Shown piece after piece: positions 9,022-17,868 of a stretch of 64,000 nt of DNA. The stretch covers positions 3,999-67,998 of the forward strand of contig CAWHMC010000015.1 in NCBI GenBank assembly GCA_963830445.1, written 5' to 3'. This stretch comes from an uncultured archaeon. GTDB lineage: Archaea; Micrarchaeota; Micrarchaeia; Micrarchaeales; CABMGC01. The notes beneath the pieces are model-generated. The model did no database searches, had not been told where the DNA came from, and saw only the letters and a program-made list of their open reading frames with translations. Every line of letters starts with the position of its first letter. Within the stretch, counting starts at the first letter, position 1. The position numbers and the translations under genes are program-made.

Positions 9022-9957
9022 TCACTGCTTCGGCTTCCTGCCGTTTATCGTGAAGTCCAGTACGGCTGCAGCACCATAGAGCTTGTTCTCCGCCTGCTGC
9101 CACGCCACCGAGTGCTTGCCCTCCAGGACCTGGTCAGTTATCTCGAGCCCGCGATGGGCCGGCAGGCAGTGCATCACGACCGCGTCTTTCTTCGCAAGCG
9201 CAAGGAGTTTGCCGTTGATCTGGTATCCCCTGAAGGCCTTCATGCGCCTCTCGGTCTCGCCCTCTTCGCCCATGCTCACCCAGACATCAGTATACAGAAC
9301 ATCTGCATCGCCCACCGCCTCCTTCGGATCGCGGACGACGTTTATCTTTGACCCGGTCCCCCTCGCGATCGCCTTTGCCTTCGCAACTATAGCTGCGTTG
9401 GGTTCGTAGCCCTTCGGGCAGGCGACGGTCGCGTTGGCTCCGCCGGTCGCGGCTGCGAGAAGCAGGCTGTTCGCGACATTGTCTCCGTCTCCAATGTAGG
9501 CGATATTCACGCCCTTTATTCTTCCCTTCGATTCATAAATCGTGAGCATGTCCGAGACGAGCTGCGTCGGATGCTCCAGGTCGCTGAGTCCGTTTATCGT
9601 TGGAAGTCCAGAATACTCATCGAACTGCACAACTGTTTTGTTTGAGAAGACGCGCGCCACTATCGCGTCAAGGTATCCTCCAAGAACCCGTGCGGTGTCC
9701 TTTATCGGCTCACCCCTCTTGAGTTGGAGCTCTGCCTCCGCGAGATATAATGGTTTCCCCCCGAGCCGCATCGCCGCGGCCTCGAACGAGGTGCGCGTGC
9801 GCGTCGATGGCTTCTCGAAAAGAAGGCCGACTATCTTGTTGTCGAGCAGGTGAATCTCTTCCCGGGATTTTATTATTTCCTTCAGGTTCTTGGCCTTTTG
9901 GAGAAGCGGAAGAAACTCATTGACAGAAATATCCGCGAATGATACTATTGATCCCAT
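9022..9957 (-). CDS. arcB: Ornithine carbamoyltransferase
   Basis: STRTR, HPTQ, DVWVSMG, HCLP motifs; catabolic role inferred from context. Confidence 0.93.
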   Translation of the reverse strand: MGSIVSFADISVNEFLPLLQKAKNLKEIIKSREEIHLLDNKIVGLLFEKPSTRTRTSFEAAAMRLGGKPLYLAEAELQLKRGEPIKDTARVLGGYLDAIVARVFSNKTVVQFDEYSGLPTINGLSDLEHPTQLVSDMLTIYESKGRIKGVNIAYIGDGDNVANSLLLAAATGGANATVACPKGYEPNAAIVAKAKAIARGTGSKINVVRDPKEAVGDADVLYTDVWVSMGEEGETERRMKAFRGYQINGKLLALAKKDAVVMHCLPAHRGLEITDQVLEGKHSVAWQQAENKLYGAAAVLDFTINGRKPKQ

Positions 9958-10043
9958 CCAAGCACCTGCACTCAGTACTACTCACTAATTAATATCTATA
10001 AACGCTACTTCCTGCCTGCCTTCACACATGGGGGCCACATTTG

Positions 10044-10078
10044 TTACGAAAGTTATGATAAAGTATTAACTTTGGTAA
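10044..10078. repeat. Inverted repeat downstream of the AbiE module
   Basis: TTACGAAAGTTA-N11-TAACTTTGGTAA, one mismatch. Confidence 0.65.
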
Positions 10079-10085
10079 TTTTTGT

Positions 10086-10673
10086 TCAACTTCTAATAAT
10101 CCTATTTACCTTATTCCTAAACGAAACCGGATACGCTCTTAGATACTTATCAAGCTTCTTCCTGTCAACCCTCCGTCTTAACTCCTTTATTACGTCATCT
10201 CTCAGATAATGCCTAAAGTAGACGAAGTCTATCAACGTCTTTTCATTATCTGATACTGGCACCCACATATCATAATACCTCATCAACTCGTATCCGAAGA
10301 GCAACTTCTTGCTTATGCTCTGGATGACGTAGTTGCTGTCACCAAACTTTCTCGCGCCGCGTCTGACTTTACACGAAGTTATTACTATCGGATTAGTCCC
10401 CTGTTCCCATAGTTTTCTTATCGTAAGTGCATTTTCCAACCCGTAGTAGAAGGGCCGGAAAGCAAACCCAACAACAATTATGTCGTCATGTACGGTGTAT
10501 ATCCCCCTAGTTATACGTCTTATATCACCCCTCTTAAGAAGATAATTGATCATACGTTTTAGATAGGCATCGCTTATCCCCCTGAGTCTGAGGACCGCTC
10601 GCAATTCATAGAGCTTAAACACTGGGGACCTTGGATCATCGAAATGCGTCCGCACGTAATCGACGTACTTCAT
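10086..10673 (-). CDS. AbiEi-like type IV TA antitoxin
   Basis: N-terminal wHTH (RITRGIY), YYGLENAL, VSDNEKTLID. Confidence 0.8.
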   Translation of the reverse strand: MKYVDYVRTHFDDPRSPVFKLYELRAVLRLRGISDAYLKRMINYLLKRGDIRRITRGIYTVHDDIIVVGFAFRPFYYGLENALTIRKLWEQGTNPIVITSCKVRRGARKFGDSNYVIQSISKKLLFGYELMRYYDMWVPVSDNEKTLIDFVYFRHYLRDDVIKELRRRVDRKKLDKYLRAYPVSFRNKVNRIIRS

Positions 10674-11326
10674 GCGAATCTCCCTCTTATGTGGTTGACC
10701 ATGTTCTTGAATGACGGAACGGGCCCCTGATATATTATCGCCTTCAGATCACTTTCATTGACTGGTTCTTCTATCTTGGAGAGAAACGAGAGCACTTCTT
10801 TACGCAGTGCATTTTTGTTCTCAATATAATCGCTCAGCACATACATATCATAAATATCCCGGATGAACCGTCTATCCGAGTAGGCTGCTATTTTCTCCTC
10901 CATCAGTTTGTCTGGAGGGAGTGTAAGGACATCCGTATAGGTGCCATCCACCTTCTCAAACCTTGTTGCTATAGGTTTCATGCCTTTCTTGACGTGATTA
11001 ATCTCTACTTTTAGGTATGTATCGCCAAGTGAGAATGCCATGAACACGAGGTGGCCCGTGTCTTTTATCTTTTCCAGTCTAGCCCCGTACTCCGATGCGG
11101 CACTTTCTATCTTCGCTTTGATTGATAGAAGGCTCACGTTCGTACCTAGGTAGATGTCTATATCATTCGAGAAACGATTTCCTGAAAAGCAACGCCAGAT
11201 TGCGGTTCCACCGTGTAGCACCACGTTGCTCTCCACGTTATAAAGTATGTCTATCACCGTATCTTGGAACGTCGCTATCTCTTGATACTCCCGTTTCTTG
11301 AGAAGCTTGATTATTGGCAATTTCAT
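10670..11326 (-). CDS. AbiEii-like nucleotidyltransferase toxin
   Basis: GGTA..RFSNDID, EKIAA..R...RDIYD; ATGA overlap with the antitoxin. Confidence 0.85.
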   Translation of the reverse strand: MKLPIIKLLKKREYQEIATFQDTVIDILYNVESNVVLHGGTAIWRCFSGNRFSNDIDIYLGTNVSLLSIKAKIESAASEYGARLEKIKDTGHLVFMAFSLGDTYLKVEINHVKKGMKPIATRFEKVDGTYTDVLTLPPDKLMEEKIAAYSDRRFIRDIYDMYVLSDYIENKNALRKEVLSFLSKIEEPVNESDLKAIIYQGPVPSFKNMVNHIRGRFA

Positions 11327-11330
11327 ATAT

Positions 11331-11364
11331 TTCCCTAGGTTACATTATAATGTAACTTAGGTAT
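11331..11364. promoter_or_regulatory. Palindromic operator upstream of the AbiE module
   Basis: TTCCCTAGGTTA-CATTATAATG-TAACTTAGGTAT; 28-bp core 11334-11361 is near-perfectly palindromic and lies between the TATA-like box and the ATG. Confidence 0.7.
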
Positions 11365-11413
11365 ATAGATATAAATAGCTTTCTAGGGCTATCATCCCTT
11401 CCTTACCTAGGGG

Positions 11414-12679
11414 TTAGTACCACCCGCGGATCTTCATCGCAGCGGCGACACGCCCAACCGCGACTATGTACGCGGCCATGCGCGGGCTGATCCTGCGGCC
11501 CAGGTCCTTGTACTTCTTCTGCGTGGCCATCACGTCGTTGAAGGATCTGGTGATTATCTTGTCCAGGCGCCGGTACACGTCCTCCTCCTCCCAGTAGAAG
11601 CTCTGCAGGTTCTGCACCCACTCGAAGTAGGAGACGATCACCCCTCCTGAGTTCACAAGAAAGTCCGGCAGGTCCATCACTCCGTTCCCGAAGAGTATCG
11701 CGTCTGCGGCCGGCGTCACCGGTCCGTTCGCCAGCTCGAGCACTATCTTCGCCTGCACCTTCGCCGCGTTCGCCTCCGTTATCTGGTTCTCAAGCGCGCA
11801 GGGAATCAGTACGTCGACCTTCAGCGTGAGCAGCTCCTCGTTCGTTATCTTCTTGCCTCCCTTGTAATTGACAACGCTGCCCGTCCTCTTCTTCGTGTCC
11901 ATCAGCTTGTCGTAGTCCAGCCCCTTAGCATCGTAGATCCCTCCGCTGGAGTCGCTCACCGCGACTATCTTCGAGCCGAAGAGCCTCTTGGAGAGGTCGA
12001 AGGCGAAGTTGCCCGCGTTCCCGAAGCCCTGAATCGCTATGGTCGCCGTCTTGAGGTTTATCTTCTTGATCTTCGCCGCCTCGCGGAGCACGTACATTCC
12101 ACCCATGGCCGTCGAGTCGAACCGTCCCTGCGAGCCGCCCACTTCAAGGGGCTTGCCAGTGATAACGCCGAACTCGTCGTAGCCCACGATCTTGCTGTAC
12201 TCGTCCATCATCCAGGCCATGTCCTGCGGGTTGGTGTAGACGTCTGGCGCGGGGATGTCCACCCGGGGCCCGATGAAGCGGCCCAGGGCGCGCACGTAGC
12301 CCCGGCAGAGGTTCTCGAGCTCCGCATCGCTCATCTTCTTCGTGTCGCAGATTATCCCGCCCTTCGCCCCTCCGTAGGGGATGTTCGCTAGGGCGCACTT
12401 CCAGGTCATCCAGGCGGAGAGCGCCTTCACCGTGCTGATGCTCTCCTGCGGATGGTAGCGTATGCCGCCCTTGCCGGGCCCGCGCGCATCGTTGTACTGC
12501 ACCCTGAAGCCCTTGAACACCTTCGTCTTCCCGTCGCGCATCTTCACCGGGATGTTTATCTCCAGCGTGCGCATGGGCTCGCGCAGTATCTGGTGGGCTG
12601 TCCTGTCGAGGCCCATTATCGCCGCGGCCGCATCCAACTGCATCTGGCTTATCTTGAACGGATCCAATTCCTCTGCCAT
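11414..12679 (-). CDS. gdhA: Glutamate dehydrogenase
   Basis: [40 protein letters not shown]. Confidence 0.95.
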   Translation of the reverse strand: MAEELDPFKISQMQLDAAAAIMGLDRTAHQILREPMRTLEINIPVKMRDGKTKVFKGFRVQYNDARGPGKGGIRYHPQESISTVKALSAWMTWKCALANIPYGGAKGGIICDTKKMSDAELENLCRGYVRALGRFIGPRVDIPAPDVYTNPQDMAWMMDEYSKIVGYDEFGVITGKPLEVGGSQGRFDSTAMGGMYVLREAAKIKKINLKTATIAIQGFGNAGNFAFDLSKRLFGSKIVAVSDSSGGIYDAKGLDYDKLMDTKKRTGSVVNYKGGKKITNEELLTLKVDVLIPCALENQITEANAAKVQAKIVLELANGPVTPAADAILFGNGVMDLPDFLVNSGGVIVSYFEWVQNLQSFYWEEEDVYRRLDKIITRSFNDVMATQKKYKDLGRRISPRMAAYIVAVGRVAAAMKIRGWY

Positions 12680-12688
12680 ATAATCACA

Positions 12689-12997
12689 TTAAACGTGTTC
12701 CACGACGTACTCGCACAGCCGGTCGATCTCAAGGCCGACGGATCGGGCGTCCTTCCCCTCGAGTATCTCCGCCGTGATCTTGTCCACGAGCTTGTTCTTC
12801 TCTATGTACTCCTTCACCGCGAGGACCTCCTTAGAGTAACGGTGGTTGAGATACTTGCTCACCGCGACCTGCACCACGCCGAGCCCCTTGCCGATCCGTG
12901 CCTGCGTCCATCCGTACTTGTCGTGCATCCTCTGCGCTACCGAGGCCCGCACCGCGGGCAGCACCTGTTTGGTTATACTCCTGCACTCCGGCTCCAC
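12689..12997 (-). CDS. HTH transcriptional regulator (archaeal COG2522-like)
   Basis: PEC....VLPAVR..WTQARIGKGLGVVQVAVSKYL; GTG start at 12997 inferred after the upstream stop. Confidence 0.75.
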   Translation of the reverse strand: MEPECRSITKQVLPAVRASVAQRMHDKYGWTQARIGKGLGVVQVAVSKYLNHRYSKEVLAVKEYIEKNKLVDKITAEILEGKDARSVGLEIDRLCEYVVEHV

Positions 12998-13004
12998 AAA
13001 ACCA

Positions 13005-13604
13005 CTACTTGCCCTTCTTCTCTTCGTCGATGATGCCCAGCGCGTCCTTAAGCTTGCCGAACATGCCTGGCCTCGCCGGGCCCGTCTCCGTGTCCTCTTC
13101 CTCCTCTTCTGGCGCCTCTTCCACCTTCGCCTTCCTGTTGAACAAGCCACCCAGGGCGGGTTTCGCCGGCGCTTCCTTGGCTGCCGGTTTGGCCGCCTGC
13201 GCGGTCTCCCTGAGCTTTATCTTCTTCTGCTGCGCGACCGGCTTCTTCACTCCGCTTCCGGCGTCCTCCAATTCAGCGGCCACCTCCTTCACCACTCCCG
13301 TGCCGCCGCTCACCAGTATGACATTGGGATCGCTCCTGAAGGCCATGGCGACGTCGGAGCGCGAACCGCACCGCACGGCGCGCACGTCCCTGCTCTTGTT
13401 CAGCGCCATCTCCGCCGCGACGTAGTTGTCGGCGACGCCTATGACCAGGTCGTAGTTCCTGTGCAGCGCATCTATCGCCACCGCGCAGAACTCCTCCGTA
13501 TCGCCGGCCAGCTCCTTGCCCACCACGCTCGCGTCGGTGTCGGAGAGCAGGTCAACCAGCTCGTCCACCGTGCCCTCCACGTTGCTTAATGCGAGTATTT
13601 TCAT
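13005..13604 (-). CDS. Degenerate RpiB/LacAB-like protein with low-complexity tail
   Basis: MALNKSRDVRAVRC..DPNVIL resembles RpiB; catalytic CGTG absent. Confidence 0.55.
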   Translation of the reverse strand: MKILALSNVEGTVDELVDLLSDTDASVVGKELAGDTEEFCAVAIDALHRNYDLVIGVADNYVAAEMALNKSRDVRAVRCGSRSDVAMAFRSDPNVILVSGGTGVVKEVAAELEDAGSGVKKPVAQQKKIKLRETAQAAKPAAKEAPAKPALGGLFNRKAKVEEAPEEEEEDTETGPARPGMFGKLKDALGIIDEEKKGK

Positions 13605-13686
13605 AAAATCGCGCCCACGCCGATATATGTAATATCAACGCACGTATTATTAACCTTTTTACCCACAAATATAGCAAGGTGTTCAT

Positions 13687-13938
13687 TTGAGAGGAAAAGA
13701 ACCGCTTGTAACATGCGACAACTGCGGGCGAAAGATGCCGCGCAACAAGGCCGTCGCCTATGAGAAGACTATACGCTTCGGCACTGACCCGAACAGCCAG
13801 CAGAACGTGCGGTTCATGAGCTCGCGCAAGGTGTACTACTGCATAAGCTGCGGCAAGCACAAGGGCATCTTCGAGCGCAAGGCCCACGATGCCGCAAGAC
13901 AGGCAGAGCGCGCTGCGACCCGCGGATTCGAACGGTGA
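13687..13938 (+). CDS. rps26e: Ribosomal protein eS26
   Basis: RG....VTCDNCGR.MPRNKA ... YYCISC..H..I signature. Confidence 0.85.
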   Translation: MRGKEPLVTCDNCGRKMPRNKAVAYEKTIRFGTDPNSQQNVRFMSSRKVYYCISCGKHKGIFERKAHDAARQAERAATRGFER

Positions 13939-13944
13939 GAACGC

Positions 13945-14838
13945 TTGACAACTGACGTGAACGATCTGTTGATCTTCAAAAACCGTCAGATGAAAGAGCA
14001 GAAGAAGGAGGAAAAGAAACCGGAGCCCGTAAAGGCAACTCCACCTCCACCTCCGCCTCCGCCTCCGCCGAAGCAAAAGGAGCCAGCGAAGCCGAAGGAA
14101 GTTCCGAAGGTAAAGGCTAGGCCTGCGCCAGCACCACCCGCGCCTGTCGAAGTTGTAAAGTGGCAGCCTGCGGTGCCCGTCTCACCAAAAACCGAGAACG
14201 TCCAACCCGAACGCGCACAACCTCAGAATGCGGCAAACCTTACCTGTGTAAATCATCCCTGGCGCGCGGCCTACGCCGTCTGTGCCTATTGCGAACGCCC
14301 CTTCTGCTATGCCGACACGATCATGCACAACGGCAAGACGTATTGCCTTGAAGACATAGACAACGTCAGCCGCCTGCCCCCTCCATCCTCGGACAGGCGC
14401 GGGGTGTGGGTCTACATCGCGAGCATAATATTCATACTCAGCGCGCTGCTCCTGAGCTATTCCATCTACCCCGAGGCTGCGTATCTGGGGCACTACGTAA
14501 TGACAACTTCCTTCCTTGTCGCATACAATGTCATCATAACCACCTACTCCATCTCCGTGCTCAACCTGCTGGCCGTGTTCTTCTGCTTCGTCTCAGGAAT
14601 AGTGATACTGACAAACTCGCGCCGCGCTCACACCTTCTGCGGACTGGTGCTAGGCCTGATGCTGATCCTCATGACCTACGAGTACCTGAACTTCAACGCC
14701 CAGTACCTTTTCATAATCGCCGCCGCTACGATCATCAACATGGCGGTCATAGCCGGCGGGCGCATGAGCCTGCTCGGCATGAAGCGCTTTGAGGAGAGCT
14801 ACTCCCAGGTCGACTGGCCGAGGCCAGAAGTTTTCTGA
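13945..14838 (+). CDS. Pro-rich, B-box-like zinc finger, four-TM membrane protein
   Basis: Poly-Pro run, CVNHP...CAYCERPFC, four hydrophobic helices. Confidence 0.75.
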   Translation: MTTDVNDLLIFKNRQMKEQKKEEKKPEPVKATPPPPPPPPPPKQKEPAKPKEVPKVKARPAPAPPAPVEVVKWQPAVPVSPKTENVQPERAQPQNAANLTCVNHPWRAAYAVCAYCERPFCYADTIMHNGKTYCLEDIDNVSRLPPPSSDRRGVWVYIASIIFILSALLLSYSIYPEAAYLGHYVMTTSFLVAYNVIITTYSISVLNLLAVFFCFVSGIVILTNSRRAHTFCGLVLGLMLILMTYEYLNFNAQYLFIIAAATIINMAVIAGGRMSLLGMKRFEESYSQVDWPRPEVF

Positions 14839-14847
14839 GGTCTTAAC

Positions 14848-15129
14848 TTGGTAAGCGAGGAAGATGAGATAAAGTCCTATCAAGAGCTGGTAGTGCAGGA
14901 AGCCAAGATAAAGGACAAGTCGGGAATCACCGAAGTACCGATTGTAAAGGACAACGCCCGCCTGAACTTCAATGAGGCGCTCAGCGCGAACAGAGGGAAT
15001 CCTACGCTCGGCGCAAAAATAAACAAGCACGCCCCTTCATGGGTAAAGGGAGTACTGTTAATACTTGCTATTCTCATAATTATTGGATTTGTACTTGGAG
15101 TGATACTCTATCTAGAGGTTCGTGTATGA
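14848..15129 (+). CDS. Small C-terminally anchored membrane protein
   Basis: Hydrophilic N-terminus and single C-terminal TM. Confidence 0.6.
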   Translation: MVSEEDEIKSYQELVVQEAKIKDKSGITEVPIVKDNARLNFNEALSANRGNPTLGAKINKHAPSWVKGVLLILAILIIIGFVLGVILYLEVRV

Positions 15130-15437
15130 GCGACAACGACGTAAACCTCGGAAACTTCTTCGACTCCGTCCCATCCGAGCAGAAGTCCACTGAAGATAAT
15201 AGTTATTCCTATGATAGCGTAGACGCACCAGTAACTTCATCGAGGGAGGACCTCTCAGAGATAAGCGGCGACCTTTCGATGAACCAGCGCGGATTCCTCT
15301 CCCAAAGGAGGACGAGGAGTCGAAGTGTCCACAGCCGCAACCTTATGCTGTGGCCCAGACGCGTACTCATAATCGCGATCGCTGTGATAATTGTAGCGTT
15401 CCTGTACGAAGCGCTCTTCGTGTTGCGCATAAGATAG
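15126..15437 (+). CDS. Small C-terminally anchored membrane protein
   Basis: ATGA overlap with the previous gene; acidic/Ser-rich N-terminus, C-terminal TM. Confidence 0.6.
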   Translation: MSDNDVNLGNFFDSVPSEQKSTEDNSYSYDSVDAPVTSSREDLSEISGDLSMNQRGFLSQRRTRSRSVHSRNLMLWPRRVLIIAIAVIIVAFLYEALFVLRIR

Positions 15438-15486
15438 GGGGTAGCTCCTGGGCAACACCGATATTGCAAACCCTACGCTAAGCGGC

Positions 15487-15524
15487 AAAAATCAAAAAGA
15501 AAAGAAGAAGGGCCCCGAAGGGCC
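15487..15524 (-). terminator. Hairpin (cUUCGg loop) plus U-tract
   Basis: Minus strand GGCCC-TTCG-GGGCC followed by CTTCTTCTTTTCTTTTTG. Confidence 0.65.
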
Positions 15525-15553
15525 AAATTAAAATCTAGAAGATAAAAATTTAC

Positions 15554-15793
15554 TTATCTCCTTCTGCTGCTTATGCGACCGCGCCTGTTCATCTTCGTCC
15601 TTGCGACGTATCCGCTCTTGTCGATGAAATACAGGAAGCCGTCTGCGCGTGAGACTTTCTCGCTGCCAACCTTGGCCTTGCGTCCGCCCGGATTGTTCTT
15701 CATAGGCGTTCTCCACACGAATCCATCTTTTCCGAGGTAATAGAGGAATCCATCTGCTCTCTTTACCTTCTCGTCTGTCATTCTTTCAGCCAT
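15554..15793 (-). CDS. Small basic protein with internal duplication
   Basis: EKVKRADGFLYYLGKDG / EKVSRADGFLYFIDKSG; GGTGA RBS and TATA box upstream. Confidence 0.8.
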   Translation of the reverse strand: MAERMTDEKVKRADGFLYYLGKDGFVWRTPMKNNPGGRKAKVGSEKVSRADGFLYFIDKSGYVARTKMNRRGRISSRRR

Positions 15794-15919
15794 TAATTCA
15801 CCGATTATACGATAGAACCGACATCTTTTTATATATATCGTCGTAGTACCGTCAGCAAACTACAAATGTCCTCGTCAAAATCGTATTTAAAGGCTACCAT
15901 GCATTATGTATTTGATTTA

Positions 15920-16665
15920 ATGATCGAAATAAAACTGCAAAGCGAACAGGACCTCAAGGGTTACACCGTGATAGAAACCTTCCCCGGAGTCGGCCTGGTA
16001 GGGCCCATGGCCGGCAGCTACATAATCGAGAAGCTCGCGATGGAGCCCATCGGATACATAGTCAGCGAGGGCTTCCCGCCGATAGCATCCATACACAACT
16101 CCACGCCGATGCACCCGGCGCGCATCTACAAGTCGCAGAAGTACAAGCTCCTCATCTTCCTCTCGGAGTTCGCGATCCCGCCGCAGCTGGTCTACCCTCT
16201 GGCGGATGAGCTCATGGCCTTCGCGCGCAAGTACGAGATTCAAGAATCGTCTCCGTGGGCGGCATGCCTTCCCAGAAGCCGAAGGAGAGCATCTACGTCA
16301 CTACCACCGACAAGGAGATACTAAAGAAAGCTATCAAGGCCGGCATAAAGCCGATCACCGAAGGGGTGGTGGCCGGAGTGAGCGCTGCCATACTGGTGAA
16401 GGCCTCGGACTACGACATCTCCGCACTCGACGTGATGGTCGAGGTGGACCCGCAGATCACCGATCCCATCTACGCCGAGCTGGCGATCACCGGGCTGAAT
16501 AAGCTGCTGGATACGGACATCGACCTGGCCGAGCTGGACAAGGAGGCGAAGGCTGTCGAAGCCAAGATACGCGAGCTGATGAGCAAGGTGAAGACCTCCC
16601 ACGAGCTCGCAGGGGGCAGCAGCGGAAGCGGCGGCGGAGACACCGGACCATCGATGTACGCGTGA
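15920..16665 (+). CDS. PAC2 proteasome assembly chaperone family protein (frameshift near 16245, likely error)
   Basis: FPGVGLVG N-terminal motif; continues in another frame as IVSVGGMP..GVVAGVSA..DP..A..SMYA. Confidence 0.85.
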
Positions 16666-16671
16666 TGTAGA

Positions 16672-17091
16672 ATGGATGAGCGGTTCTTCCAAATCGGGGT
16701 CAAGGCACTGATACAAGACCCCGATGGGCGGATCTTGCTGCTGCACAAATCAAGTTTCCACTCTCCAGACCGCAGCCATGAAGGTTACTGGGATCTTCCC
16801 GGAGGCCGCATGAAGGATGAAAGCATAGTGCACACACTGGAAAGGGAGATCGAAGAGGAACTTGGCATAAACGGTCTGAGGATAGGGGAACTTTTTGATG
16901 CCGGAATTGCAAAGTTCACAGCCCACGGGTCAGCCCTGTTTCTTGTAACCTATCGCTGTTCTCTTCCAAAAGGTGCGGAGGTCAAGCTCAGCGAGGAGCA
17001 TGACCAGTTAAAGTGGGTGAACGTGATGGAGGCTGGCATACTGCTTGCAGATAACTTTCCGGATTCCCTAATAGAACGACTGGGAAAGTAG
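16672..17091 (+). CDS. NUDIX hydrolase
   Basis: WDLPGG..ESIVHTLEREIEEELG. Confidence 0.9.
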   Translation: MDERFFQIGVKALIQDPDGRILLLHKSSFHSPDRSHEGYWDLPGGRMKDESIVHTLEREIEEELGINGLRIGELFDAGIAKFTAHGSALFLVTYRCSLPKGAEVKLSEEHDQLKWVNVMEAGILLADNFPDSLIERLGK

Positions 17092-17129
17092 TCCTGTTTA
17101 TATAATTTCGCGAAGAGAATACTTACTGC

Positions 17130-17234
17130 GCAGGGGTGGCAGAGTCTGGTCTGGCTTTCTGGCCACGGAAAAACGCGCGGGACTTAAGATCCCGTGGCTT
17201 AGCGCCTTCGAGAGTTCAAATCTCTCCCCCTGCA
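17130..17234 (+). tRNA. tRNA-Leu(TAA) with non-canonical D-loop intron (about 17151-17171)
   Basis: GCAGGGG/CCCCTGC acceptor, CGGGA-CTTAAGA-TCCCG anticodon arm, long variable arm, GAGAG-TTCAAAT-CTCTC T arm; 21-nt D-loop insert fits a bulge-helix-bulge. Confidence 0.88.
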
Positions 17235-17239
17235 ATCAC

Positions 17240-17635
17240 TTACTTTGCCTGGCCAGTGAACGCGGGGCACGTACCGCAGGCGGTGCCGGTGCATCCCTTC
17301 CCTAATCCGTACCAGCAGACGCCAAGCTTCTTCATCTCCTTCACTACCTTCTCCAGGTCCCTACCTTTCTTGGTGAGCCTGTACTCCACATACACGACGT
17401 TGCCGCGCTTCACCCCCTTCTTCGACATCAGCAGCTCCCCGCAGAGGCGGTTCAGAGACTCGCTCAGGTTCCTGGGCGTGATTCCGGGCAGCGCCCTCTT
17501 GATGGTGTTGAACGAGGAACGCTCCTCTGAGAAATAAACGACCTCCATCACCGGAACGGTCCATCTCTTGCCAAGCAGGTGGACTATCTCAAGCGTTGGG
17601 CACTTTGTTTTATTGTTATTCATGTCCGCACTCAT
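17240..17635 (-). CDS. HxlR-family winged-helix regulator with Cys-rich tail
   Basis: CP....LLGKRWT, SFNTIKRALPGITPRNLS, VEYRLTKKG; tail C-x7-C-x4-C-x2-C. Confidence 0.85.
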   Translation of the reverse strand: MSADMNNNKTKCPTLEIVHLLGKRWTVPVMEVVYFSEERSSFNTIKRALPGITPRNLSESLNRLCGELLMSKKGVKRGNVVYVEYRLTKKGRDLEKVVKEMKKLGVCWYGLGKGCTGTACGTCPAFTGQAK

Positions 17636-17689
17636 AGACAATTAATCACCAATTGATAAATATTGTTCGGTTTGAAAAAGAGAGGTGCG

Positions 17690-17755
17690 TCAACCTTTTT
17701 GCGAGGTTGATTCACCGCTCATATAAATCCCCGATAGTATTAAATTAGATACTAT
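17690..17755. promoter_or_regulatory. Two inverted repeats in the hxlR/nrdD divergent promoter
   Basis: TCAACCT-N7-AGGTTGA 17690-17710; ATAGTAT-N8-ATACTAT 17734-17755 just after ATATAAAT. Confidence 0.55.
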
Positions 17756-17868
17756 GAACTTATTAAGATGTCTTGAAAATCTTGTTACATATTTTTCCCA
17801 GTGTGCGCTGCTCACGCTTTAATAAGACTTCTGCGCAAGAAAATTCTACCCGCGTTCGTGGTGTTCGG

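Noticed and set aside
11334..11361. Xer/dif site (11-6-11 geometry)
   Set aside because: The spacer is itself palindromic and the site sits between TATA and ATG of an AbiE operon, so an operator is simpler; no recombinase is present.
14041..14070. CCN tandem microrepeat as a contingency locus
   Set aside because: Encodes an in-frame poly-proline run using mixed codons.
16230..16260. Split PAC2 gene
   Set aside because: A one-base shift rejoins a normal-length protein; same error pattern.
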